From NCBI GenBank assembly GCA_963663965.2, contig CAXXFK010000029.1, positions 160,001 through 224,000 of the forward strand: a DNA stretch of 64,000 nt, read 5' to 3'. The notes below the pieces were generated by a model. The model was not told where the DNA came from. It saw only the letters and a program-made list of their open reading frames with translations, and made no database searches. Position numbers and translations under genes: made by a program. The stretch's first letter is position 1. Each line of letters begins with the position of its first letter. Source of the DNA: Sedimentisphaerales bacterium. Its GTDB lineage: Bacteria; Planctomycetota; Phycisphaerae; Sedimentisphaerales; SM23-30. Below are positions 42,324 through 51,581 of the stretch, piece after piece.

Positions 42324-44666
42324 ATGATTCGTATTTTTCTGTTATGTTTTGTTCCTTTTTTTGTCAGCAGTTGTGCCACCTCTCGCGCTGATTTGAATCT
42401 CCCGGCAAGTCTGCCTGACCGGGATGATGAAACCTTATATGTCTGGTATAATCCCGGTGATCCGGAGGGATTGGATCAAGGGGTGATTCCGGGTGATGGG
42501 CAGGCGGTAGGTATGGTGCATAATCTGGCCAATCGAACCGGAAAAATAATGGATCTGGTCAATGGTGATCCAAAGCCAGTCTTTCGTCAGAACGCTATTC
42601 AAGGCTGGCCGGCCCTGGAATTTGATGGTGAGAGCCGGATTTACAGTAGTACAGTTCCCGAAAGCGAACTGATAAGCCCGAAAACGGTATTTATCGTGGC
42701 TCAGATTGATCCTGAAGGTATGGGGCGTTATCTTTATGATGGTACGACGGGTACCCAGCGAAATGCGATGCTGACCGGCCAGAGTACCAATCCCAATCAA
42801 TGGAGTTTTTTCAACGGCACTGCCGCGTTTGACAGTGAGGTTCCGATTGCTACGGGTGTCTGTCAGGTACATACCGTGGTCATTGAAGCAGACCGGATGA
42901 TTCATTTTATTAATGGTAAGGAGGTGGGGCGCCAGGACGGTGTAGTCAATGGCGTCTGGCGGATGCTGATACTGGGCGGACGATATACACAAACCCATCT
43001 CATGATCGGGCAGGTTATGGAATTCCTGGTATATGACCGGAGTCTGGCTGATGACAGACGGGAAGCGGTGGAAGCGTATCTGATGGCTAAATACCTTTCG
43101 CCGGTTAGAATATTGGAACCGGATCTGGAAATGGTAGTTACTGAAGGTGATACTAAAGGTGATACTTATCAAATATCACTGAGTGAATCACCCGATTCAC
43201 CAGTCTGGATTCATGTGTATGCAGATAATAATGAATTGGATCTGGGAGAGGGGCCGGGACAGGCGATAACATTAACCTTTGATGCGGAAAACTGGCAGGC
43301 TCCCCAGACGATCACACTATTAGCAGTAGATGATAATCTGAGTGAAGGCCCTCATGCCGGTGTGATCAGACATGAGGTCAGCAGTGAGGATTCCGCATTT
43401 GAGGGTGTCTATGTTCCGGCAGTCCATGTAAGCATAATAGATAATGAGCGTTATTGCGGAGATTCAAAAACAATATACCTGGATGGCGATTTGAACCGGG
43501 ACTGCCGGATAGACTTGAGTGATTTTTCCGTTTTGGTACTGGACTGGCTAAAATGTACCGATCCGGGCAAGGCGGCCTGTTATCCTTATTTGCCGACAGA
43601 ACCCTTGTATCAGGTGAATGTGTTCGAATCTGGCCAGGATGGGATCAATACGTACCGAATTCCGGCATTGATTACCGCGCCGGATGGTTCGGTACTGGCA
43701 TTTTGTGAGGCTCGCAAGGTCAGTTCTCGTGACAAGAGCCCGACGTTGATGGCGCTGAAACGCAGTACCGATCGGGGTGAAACCTGGGGGCCGATACAAA
43801 TCTTGCGGGATGTCGGTCAGGATGCGGCTATGGATCCAACGCCCGTGGTGGATGAGATTACCGGAAGAGTCTGGTTGTTTTATGAGGTCTGGCCGCAGGG
43901 ATGGGATAACAATCCAGTGGCAGGTCTCAGCTATCCATCCACAACCATATGGGCTCAATACAGTGATGATAATGGAATCAACTGGTCATCGCCAAGAGAT
44001 ATTACGGCACAGGTTAAACTGGCGGACTGGGATTATTATGCCCATGGTCCGGGTGTGGGGATCCAACTGGCAAGTGGGCCGTATGCCGGACGGTTGGTTA
44101 TTCCATGTCATCATCGCGGGGGAACGGTGGGACGGCAACATTTTTATTACAGTGATGATCATGGGGTTACCTGGCAGTTACAAACAGGTGAACTTGATGT
44201 GGCCAGTGAAAGTCAGATGGTTGAATTGGTTGTTGGAAGCTTACTATGGAATATGCGGGGAGGAGGCACATCCGGTCGGTTAATCAGCACCAGTGATGAC
44301 TGGGGTGGCACCTGGTCATCTGTGAGTTACGATCCAGAGTTAATCGAGCCCGGTGGTTGTCAGGCCAGCATATTGCGTTTATCACGAACAGATCTGGGGG
44401 ATGATCAAAACCGTATATTATTTTCTAATCCCGCTTCCGGTACTTCCAGGGTGAATATGACAGTACGGATGAGCTATGATGAATGTCAAAGCTGGCCGGT
44501 ATCCCGTCAGATCTATGCCGGATCATCTGCTTATTCATGCTTAACAGTATTATCGGATGGTCAGATTGGATTGCTCTATGAAGCCGACAACTACAGTAAA
44601 ATAGTATTTGCCCGATTCAGTGTGAAGTGGTTAAGCGAAGGGAAAGATCCCTGGATACGGCATTAA
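42324..44666 (+). CDS. Modular exo-alpha-sialidase (LamG-like, Calx-beta-like, dockerin-like, GH33)
   Basis: YRIP, Asp-boxes STDRGETW/SDDNGINW/SDDHGVTW/SDDWGGTW, ESQMVE, SAYSC; possible lipobox VSSC. Confidence 0.9.
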   Translation: MIRIFLLCFVPFFVSSCATSRADLNLPASLPDRDDETLYVWYNPGDPEGLDQGVIPGDGQAVGMVHNLANRTGKIMDLVNGDPKPVFRQNAIQGWPALEFDGESRIYSSTVPESELISPKTVFIVAQIDPEGMGRYLYDGTTGTQRNAMLTGQSTNPNQWSFFNGTAAFDSEVPIATGVCQVHTVVIEADRMIHFINGKEVGRQDGVVNGVWRMLILGGRYTQTHLMIGQVMEFLVYDRSLADDRREAVEAYLMAKYLSPVRILEPDLEMVVTEGDTKGDTYQISLSESPDSPVWIHVYADNNELDLGEGPGQAITLTFDAENWQAPQTITLLAVDDNLSEGPHAGVIRHEVSSEDSAFEGVYVPAVHVSIIDNERYCGDSKTIYLDGDLNRDCRIDLSDFSVLVLDWLKCTDPGKAACYPYLPTEPLYQVNVFESGQDGINTYRIPALITAPDGSVLAFCEARKVSSRDKSPTLMALKRSTDRGETWGPIQILRDVGQDAAMDPTPVVDEITGRVWLFYEVWPQGWDNNPVAGLSYPSTTIWAQYSDDNGINWSSPRDITAQVKLADWDYYAHGPGVGIQLASGPYAGRLVIPCHHRGGTVGRQHFYYSDDHGVTWQLQTGELDVASESQMVELVVGSLLWNMRGGGTSGRLISTSDDWGGTWSSVSYDPELIEPGGCQASILRLSRTDLGDDQNRILFSNPASGTSRVNMTVRMSYDECQSWPVSRQIYAGSSAYSCLTVLSDGQIGLLYEADNYSKIVFARFSVKWLSEGKDPWIRH

Positions 44667-44716
44667 AAAAGGTGTTTCCCGATAACCGGGAGTAACATGT
44701 CATACAGGAGTTAACT

Positions 44717-45529
44717 ATGCGTAATCGTAAAGGTTTTACTTTAATCGAATTATTAGTCGTCGTATCAATCATTGCGCTATTGGTAGCGATATTATTACCC
44801 GCGTTAGGCAAAGCAAGGCTACAGGCGAAACTGGTGGTCTGTGCGAATAATCAGCGGCAATGTGCATTGGGGGTGACCAATTATGCCGCGGATAATGATG
44901 ACAAATTGCCCTATCATCCTACCCATTGCCGAACCAGCAGTGGGGAGAGATATAGTTTCCCGGATTATATCAATTATTATGTAGGTCAGCGTGACTACTT
45001 TGGCGGAAATGGGTCTATGTATTACTTTCTGGGTAAATATCTGCCGGATATCAATGTTTATATGTGTCCGGCCGGGGCCGTGTCCACGGCTCGATATCAG
45101 GATTTATATCAATATCCACAGGATGGCGAACATACCAATGGCTCTTATTGTTATTATTGGGATTACAAAATTGTCAATAGTAATGTGACCTATTTTGAGG
45201 GTCCCACCACAATCGCCCGTAAACGCAATGAAAGTAAGTTATTAATGGGTGATTTGTTTGCATTCTGGGCTCCAAACTCTACTTATACGATGTGGTGGCT
45301 GGCTCATAAAACATCCGGTGCGACGGCGGCCGACCTGGTTGATCCGGTATATAGCAATAATACCGATATGCTGTGGTGGGTACGAGAGGCTAAGTACAGT
45401 GAACCTCCGCGAGGAACGGGATTTAACTCGGTGTATGTCGATTGTCACGTTGAACGATATGATTGTGGTGAGTATTTGCCGTCTTATAATGGCAGTTGGT
45501 ATTTCCTGCCTCCTGACTGGAATTATTAA
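44717..45529 (+). CDS. Prepilin-type N-terminal cleavage/methylation protein (DUF1559-like pseudopilin)
   Basis: KGFTLIELLVVVSIIALLVAILLPAL.KAR, CANNQRQ, YMCP, C-terminal NSVYVDCHVE. Confidence 0.92.
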   Translation: MRNRKGFTLIELLVVVSIIALLVAILLPALGKARLQAKLVVCANNQRQCALGVTNYAADNDDKLPYHPTHCRTSSGERYSFPDYINYYVGQRDYFGGNGSMYYFLGKYLPDINVYMCPAGAVSTARYQDLYQYPQDGEHTNGSYCYYWDYKIVNSNVTYFEGPTTIARKRNESKLLMGDLFAFWAPNSTYTMWWLAHKTSGATAADLVDPVYSNNTDMLWWVREAKYSEPPRGTGFNSVYVDCHVERYDCGEYLPSYNGSWYFLPPDWNY

Positions 45530-45640
45530 TTGGAAGCAGGATTTATGAATATTTATAAAAGATACTGGACATCATAAGTTTTTAAGATCAAGATACCGGA
45601 TTGTGATGATTTTAGATACCTACTGAGACAAGGAAGACTT

Positions 45641-46579
45641 ATGAAAAAAATAACAGGAATTATAGCCGCAACATTTACGCCGATGCGAGAGAATGGCGGA
45701 ATTGATCTGGAGCCAATTGGTCCGATTACCGATTTTCTGGTACGAAATAAGATTGAAGGGCTATATGTATGCGGAAGCACAGGGGAAGGGCCATTAATGA
45801 CCGGTTCGGAACGGATGCTGGTTGCGGAGAAGTTTATAGAAGCTGCGCACGGACGAATTCCTGTGGTGGTATCAGTTGGTCATGACAGTGTCCAGGAGGC
45901 GACAGAGTTGGCCGCCCATGCGGTACGGAATGGGGCCGATGCGGTTGCGGCAGTTGCGCCGGCATACTTCAAATGCAGTTCAATTGATAATTTAATTGAT
46001 TGTATGGTTCGGATCGCTGATGCAGCAGTCGATGCCCCATTTTACTATTATCATGTTCCCAGTTTGACTGGTTTTGATCTGGATATTGTGGATTTTCTGG
46101 AACGGGCGGCTGTTCGTATACCTAATCTAGCCGGGATTAAATATTGTGCGTTAAAATTGCATGAGTTTCAATCTTGCGTTGATTTTGAAGATGGGCGATA
46201 TTCCATGTTATTTGGTGTGGATGAGATGTTTACCAGCGGGTTGATAGCCGGCGCCTGGGGGGCAGTAGGCAGTACCTTTAATTTTGCGCCTGGACTATAT
46301 CGTAGAATACGTTCCGCTTTCCAATCGGGGGATATTGCTTTAGCCCGGCAATTACAAAGCCTCTCAATTAAACTGATTCGGATTGGATATCGTTATCATG
46401 GTCAGCCCGCCTTTAAGTCGATCATGCGACTACATGGATATGATTGCGGGCCTAATCGATTACCGCATCGGAATTTATCGCTTGAACAGTTTGAAGCACT
46501 GAAGTTGGATCTGGAAGCAATTGGCTTTTTTGACTGGGCCCTGGAGCAACCCGCCTGTTCAGAACAGGTTCGGAACTGA
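45641..46579 (+). CDS. nanA: N-acetylneuraminate lyase (DHDPS family)
   Basis: GSTGEG, YYYHVP, GIKY (Schiff-base Lys), FGVDE, GAVGSTFN; next to sialidases. Confidence 0.88.
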   Translation: MKKITGIIAATFTPMRENGGIDLEPIGPITDFLVRNKIEGLYVCGSTGEGPLMTGSERMLVAEKFIEAAHGRIPVVVSVGHDSVQEATELAAHAVRNGADAVAAVAPAYFKCSSIDNLIDCMVRIADAAVDAPFYYYHVPSLTGFDLDIVDFLERAAVRIPNLAGIKYCALKLHEFQSCVDFEDGRYSMLFGVDEMFTSGLIAGAWGAVGSTFNFAPGLYRRIRSAFQSGDIALARQLQSLSIKLIRIGYRYHGQPAFKSIMRLHGYDCGPNRLPHRNLSLEQFEALKLDLEAIGFFDWALEQPACSEQVRN

Positions 46580-46659
46580 CTATAAACAACCGGCTTTAAT
46601 TAGTTCATTCCATTGTCGGTTATTTTGATTCGTATATCAAATCCGAATTGAGCGAATAC

Positions 46660-48204
46660 ATGTACCGATTTATTTTAATATTTTATCTGTACGGCCTGAT
46701 CCTGGTAACGAACCCCTTTAACGAAGCAGGAAACCGATTGATGGCGGATTTGACCATGCCAATTGTGTTTGGGAATGATATGGTATTCCAACAAGGCATA
46801 TCCCTTCCGGTGTGGGGGTTGACCCGTCCGGGTGAAAAAATCCATGTATCGTTTCGGAATGAATCGTATCGGACCCAGGCCGATCCCAATGGTTTTTGGC
46901 GAGTCACAATGGCGGCTGTTACGGCCGGTGGTCCGGATGATTTAATTATCGAAACCGGGCATGAACAAAAGACATTCAATAATGTCCTGGTTGGTGAGGT
47001 TTGGTTGTGTGCCGGGCAGTCGAATATGTGGTGGCCGCTGGATAATTCTCGATTGGGGCATCAAGCGGTTGAAAGGGCCGATAGTCCAACAATAAGATTA
47101 TTAAATTTACAGTCAATCGCTCATACGAACGCCGGGGCTTATCCAGCCGGGTGGCGGGGCGAATTAACTCCTGAACAGTTTTTTCGGGGACAATGGCAAA
47201 TCTGTAGTCCGGAATCCGCCAGATCCTTTTCAGCGGTGGGTTATTATTTTGGCAAAGAGTTGTCAGAAAAACTGGGCGTGCCTGTTGGGTTGATCCATAA
47301 TGCGGTTGGCGGGGTTCCGACCGAGTCGTATGTGAATCGTGCGGCTATGGAAAGCGATCCAGAGCTTGCTGTCCTGCTGGCAGGAGACTGGCTGGATAAT
47401 CCACGAATTCATCCCTGGTGCCGCAAGCGTGCCAGAGAGAATCTTGCAGCATGGCTAAATTTGCCAGTTGATGAACGGCCCGACCATCCATTTAAACCCT
47501 CGTTCCTGTTTGATAGCGGGATGGCTCCGTTGATTCCCTTTGGTATTCGTGGTGTGATCTGGTACCAGGGTGAATCGAACGTTGCCACTCCGGAAGATCC
47601 ATTTCCATTTGATCCACTCTGGTACCGGCGATTATTTGCGACAATGATTACAGACTGGCGTGAGCGCTGGGGTCAGGGTGATTTTCCGTTTTATTATGTT
47701 CAATTGCCCAATATGGGGCGGGATTGGATGGCATTTCGCGATTTGCAGCGTCAGTGTCTGGATATCCCCAATACCGGAATGGCCGTGACAATTGATTTGG
47801 GAGAGAGGAACAACGTGCATCCCGCCAACAAACAGGAGGTTGGACACCGGTTGGCATTATGGGCGCTTGCTGAAACCTATGGCAAGGATATTGTCTATTC
47901 CGGTCCGTTACCCCGAGAGGCCAGGATTAATCCGCCGGGTGTACAGGTGGTGTTCGATTATTGCGGAAGCGGATTGAGGACTAAAGAGGGCGGTTCTATA
48001 GAGGGATTTGAATTGGCGGGTGATGACCGGCGTTTTTATTCATCTGACGCTGAAATTTCAAGTAATGGTGTCCGGATTCTGTGTAACCAGGTCAGTGACC
48101 CGCATTTTGTACGATATGGCTGGGCTCCCAATCCCCGCTGCAATCTGGTCAACAGCGCCGGTTTACCGGCTTCGCCGTTCCAACTCGAGGTTCAACCTGA
48201 ATAA
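46660..48204 (+). CDS. Sialate O-acetylesterase (SASA family)
   Basis: GEVWLCAGQSNM, FSAVGYYFG, WYQGESN, VHPANK; start uncertain (46648 or 46660). Confidence 0.88.
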   Translation: MYRFILIFYLYGLILVTNPFNEAGNRLMADLTMPIVFGNDMVFQQGISLPVWGLTRPGEKIHVSFRNESYRTQADPNGFWRVTMAAVTAGGPDDLIIETGHEQKTFNNVLVGEVWLCAGQSNMWWPLDNSRLGHQAVERADSPTIRLLNLQSIAHTNAGAYPAGWRGELTPEQFFRGQWQICSPESARSFSAVGYYFGKELSEKLGVPVGLIHNAVGGVPTESYVNRAAMESDPELAVLLAGDWLDNPRIHPWCRKRARENLAAWLNLPVDERPDHPFKPSFLFDSGMAPLIPFGIRGVIWYQGESNVATPEDPFPFDPLWYRRLFATMITDWRERWGQGDFPFYYVQLPNMGRDWMAFRDLQRQCLDIPNTGMAVTIDLGERNNVHPANKQEVGHRLALWALAETYGKDIVYSGPLPREARINPPGVQVVFDYCGSGLRTKEGGSIEGFELAGDDRRFYSSDAEISSNGVRILCNQVSDPHFVRYGWAPNPRCNLVNSAGLPASPFQLEVQPE

Positions 48205-48214
48205 AAGGATTGAT

Positions 48215-50251
48215 ATGAAACATTCACTTTCATTATGGATGATACTTTTAATGGTGGTTTCCAGCGTAATGGCACTGCCCGTTGAAACGACTTTCAAAGA
48301 ATTTCATCCCGGCGTCTTTGAAGAAATAAAAAGTGCGAGCGGAGTCTGGAACGTTTTATCAGGTCAGGCGGAAATCAGCGCGGCATACTCCCATAGTGAA
48401 ACTCATTGTTTGCATTTAATGGGAGGGGCGGAAACCCGGGTATTGTTTAAGCCGGCCACGAGAGAAGGAACGCGTATGACCTTTTATGCGGAGCGCTGGA
48501 CGTCCAGAACCCCTTTTCAATTCAAAGTGGAGGGCTGGCAGGACGGCCGCTGGGTAACGCTTTATGAGGGCAGTGAAAGCATCCGGGTTGGCGCCCGGTT
48601 TTTGAGCCGGGTAGATATTGAATTACCGCAACCACCACCGGAAAAATACCTTTTTATTTGCAGCGCTCCGGATAATACTGGACTATTGATCGATGACTTA
48701 ACCATTAAAACGCCGGTTGATATGCATCTTGAATCGGTTTTGGCCTACCAGTGGCGGGTACCGGCACTGATTAACAAGCCGGCCAATCCGGTTTTACAGA
48801 TCCTGGTGAAAACGACGGGAGAACTTCAGCCGATCAAACTGAGATCGATCGCGGTCGACACCCTGGGCACAACGCAGCTCGGTGATCTGGAATCGGTTCG
48901 ATTATTTGGCACGGGCGCCTCGGAGAATTTTAATGACCAGCAACCGGTTGGGATAGAGCAGGACCCCGCCGATACGATTATCTTTACATTGGATGATCCG
49001 GTACTAATGGATGGTAAAAATTATTTCTGGGTATCCTATCAATTGAAAACAGCAGCCGACTTGATGCATCGGGTCCAGGCTGGTTGTCAAAAGGTGGTCT
49101 TTGACAATGGCACAGTGGTTAAGCCAACCCGTACCAACGTGCCGGCTCCCCTGCGGATTGGGTATGCCTTGCGTCAGGCCGGTCAGGATGGCTGCCATAC
49201 GTATCGTATTCCGGGGCTGGCGACGACGAATCAAGGGACTTTGATCGCTGTTTATGATATCCGGTGGGAAAGCAGCGGCGATTTACCGGGGAATATCGAT
49301 ATCGGGATGAGCCGTTCGGTCGATGGCGGACAGAGTTGGGAGCCAATGCGTACGATCATGGATATGGGGGATAGTAAAGCGTTTCGGGGTGACGGGATAG
49401 GAGATCCGGCGGTGCTGGTGGACCGGGCAACGGGAACGGTCTGGGTTGCGGCGGTCTGGAGCCATGGCAACCGGGGCTGGCATGGTTCGGGGCCTGGGAT
49501 GACTCCGGATGAGACCGGCCAGTTGATGCTGGTTCGCAGTGACGATGATGGATTAAGCTGGTCGGAACCAATTAATATCACACAACAAGTCAAAAAGCCG
49601 GAATGGTGTTTTCTGTTGCAGGGGCCGGGTAATGGGATTACCATGAGGGGTGGTACCCTGGTCTTTGCGGCGCAGTATCAGGATCAGCCGGAAAACGGGC
49701 GGTTACCACATGCCACCATCCTGTATAGTCGCGATCATGGCAACAGCTGGCATTTGGGTACGGGTGTGATCAGTGATACTACGGAAGCGCAGGTGGTCGA
49801 ACTGGATGATGGGGCGCTGATGTTGAATATGCGAGATAATCGAAATGGCAAGGATAAAGGCGCTAATAACGGACGGTCAGTCTATATTACCAGGGACATG
49901 GGACAGACCTGGACAGAACATTTTTCCAGCCGGGGTGCGTTGCCGGAACCGGTCTGTATGGCCAGCCTGGTTAGGTTCTGTTCGAAAAAAGATGGGTTTA
50001 AAGAAAGTGTTCTGCTTTTTTCCAATCCTGACTCAAAATACGCGCGTGACCATATGACCATTAAGGCCAGTCTGGATGAAGGAATCAGCTGGCCCTATCA
50101 ATTGCTTTTATATGAAAGGCCGGGATTTGGATATTCCTGCATGACGGTAGTGGATGAGGATCATGTTGGAATACTCTATGAGGGGATCCGTGAACTCTAT
50201 TACGAGAAGATCTCAATCCAAGAAATATTAGGTGATGTAATCCTGAAATAG
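48215..50251 (+). CDS. nanH: Secreted exo-alpha-sialidase GH33 (NanH-like) with N-terminal accessory domains
   Basis: Signal peptide from ATG 48215; YRIPGL, SVDGGQSW, SDDDGLSW, TTEAQVVE, GYSC. Confidence 0.9.
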   Translation: MKHSLSLWMILLMVVSSVMALPVETTFKEFHPGVFEEIKSASGVWNVLSGQAEISAAYSHSETHCLHLMGGAETRVLFKPATREGTRMTFYAERWTSRTPFQFKVEGWQDGRWVTLYEGSESIRVGARFLSRVDIELPQPPPEKYLFICSAPDNTGLLIDDLTIKTPVDMHLESVLAYQWRVPALINKPANPVLQILVKTTGELQPIKLRSIAVDTLGTTQLGDLESVRLFGTGASENFNDQQPVGIEQDPADTIIFTLDDPVLMDGKNYFWVSYQLKTAADLMHRVQAGCQKVVFDNGTVVKPTRTNVPAPLRIGYALRQAGQDGCHTYRIPGLATTNQGTLIAVYDIRWESSGDLPGNIDIGMSRSVDGGQSWEPMRTIMDMGDSKAFRGDGIGDPAVLVDRATGTVWVAAVWSHGNRGWHGSGPGMTPDETGQLMLVRSDDDGLSWSEPINITQQVKKPEWCFLLQGPGNGITMRGGTLVFAAQYQDQPENGRLPHATILYSRDHGNSWHLGTGVISDTTEAQVVELDDGALMLNMRDNRNGKDKGANNGRSVYITRDMGQTWTEHFSSRGALPEPVCMASLVRFCSKKDGFKESVLLFSNPDSKYARDHMTIKASLDEGISWPYQLLLYERPGFGYSCMTVVDEDHVGILYEGIRELYYEKISIQEILGDVILK

Positions 50252-50256
50252 GCATT

Positions 50257-50360
50257 GATACCCATCGGGTATGGAACTGTTCAATCGCTCGCAAGCTAAG
50301 TTTTTAATGGTAAAGACTTATTTCACGGCCAAGCGGGCATTATCAATCGTTAATGGTATA
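50257..50360 (+). repeat. MITE/ERIC-like intergenic repeat, copy C
   Basis: GATACCCATCGGGTATGGAACTGTTCAATCGCTCGCAAG-C-TAAGTTTTTA-atgg-TAAAGACTTA-TTTCAC-GGCCAAGCGGGC...GGTATA. Confidence 0.8.
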
Positions 50361-50381
50361 AATCAGCAGGAGTGCTTGTGT

Positions 50382-51581
50382 ATGGCGAATGATTTAGTCC
50401 AATCGTTGGTAGAGCGTTACCGGGATGCTTTATTGGAGGATGTGGTTCCTTTCTGGATGGCGCATTCGATTGACCGGGAGTATGGGGGGTATTTTACCTG
50501 TCTGGAACGGGATGGTACTGTTTATGATACGGATAAGTTTATCTGGTTGCAGGCCCGCCAGGTCTGGACCTTTGCCATGCTGTATCATCGTGTGGAGCAA
50601 CGGGAAGACTGGCGGCAGATCGCCGGGCATGGCTATCAGTTTCTGAGTCGATCTGGTTTTGATGCAAACGGGGACTGGTATTTTTCGCTGGATCGGCAGG
50701 GTCATCCGCTGGTGCAACCCTATAATATATTCAGTGATTGTTTCGGGGCGATGGCTTGCAGTATGTATGCTGAGATTGCTGGAGATGATCAGGCGCGTTC
50801 GCTGGCGCTGGCCACTTATCACAATATAATGCGACGGCAGGATAATCCCAAGGGGGGTTATAACAAGCAGGTTCCCGGAACGCGGCCGCTGAAAACGATG
50901 GCACTGCCGATGATCCTGGCCAATCTGTCGCTGGAGATGGAATGGATGCTGGAAGGCGCCTTGCTGGAAGAGGCGCTGGATCGATGTGTGACTGAGGTGA
51001 TGACTTTATTTCTGGACCGGACACGACTTTTGATGTATGAATCGGTGGCTCCGGATGGATCGCATGTGGATTGTCATGAAGGGCGTTTGTTGAATCCGGG
51101 GCATGGTATTGAAGCCATGTGGTTTATGATGGATATCGCCGAGCGGCGCGGGGATCGGGCTTTAATCGATTTGGCGGTCGCAGTTGTTATCAGTACCCTG
51201 AACTATGCCTGGGACAGGCAATATGGCGGAATTTTTTATTTTATGGATGCGGAAAACAAGCCGCTCCAGCAACTGGAGTGGGATCAGAAACTGTGGTGGG
51301 TTCATCTTGAGGCCATGGTTGCTCTGGCAAAAGGGTATCGACTGACAGGCAATCCAGAATGTTGGCAATGGTTTCAGAAGGTGCAAAGCTATAGCTGGGA
51401 CAGGTTCGCGGATCCACAATATGGAGAGTGGTTTGGATATCTGAACCGTCAGGGCAAGCCTTTATTAACGCTTAAAGGAGGGAAATGGAAGGGGTGTTTT
51501 CATGTCCCCAGGGCGTTATATCTTTGTTGGCGTGAACTGGAAAAGATAGCCGCTTCAAGTGATTTGACGGAGATTCAATGA
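50382..51581 (+). CDS. N-acylglucosamine 2-epimerase (AGE family)
   Basis: [46 protein letters not shown] 50382 follows AGGAG. Confidence 0.92.
   Translation: MANDLVQSLVERYRDALLEDVVPFWMAHSIDREYGGYFTCLERDGTVYDTDKFIWLQARQVWTFAMLYHRVEQREDWRQIAGHGYQFLSRSGFDANGDWYFSLDRQGHPLVQPYNIFSDCFGAMACSMYAEIAGDDQARSLALATYHNIMRRQDNPKGGYNKQVPGTRPLKTMALPMILANLSLEMEWMLEGALLEEALDRCVTEVMTLFLDRTRLLMYESVAPDGSHVDCHEGRLLNPGHGIEAMWFMMDIAERRGDRALIDLAVAVVISTLNYAWDRQYGGIFYFMDAENKPLQQLEWDQKLWWVHLEAMVALAKGYRLTGNPECWQWFQKVQSYSWDRFADPQYGEWFGYLNRQGKPLLTLKGGKWKGCFHVPRALYLCWRELEKIAASSDLTEIQ

Noticed and set aside
50271..50381. N-terminal extension of the AGE epimerase in the ORF track
   Set aside because: Mostly read through repeat copy C; ATG 50382 has a Shine-Dalgarno. 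Extensions at 13638, 19409 and 48008 were trimmed for similar reasons.
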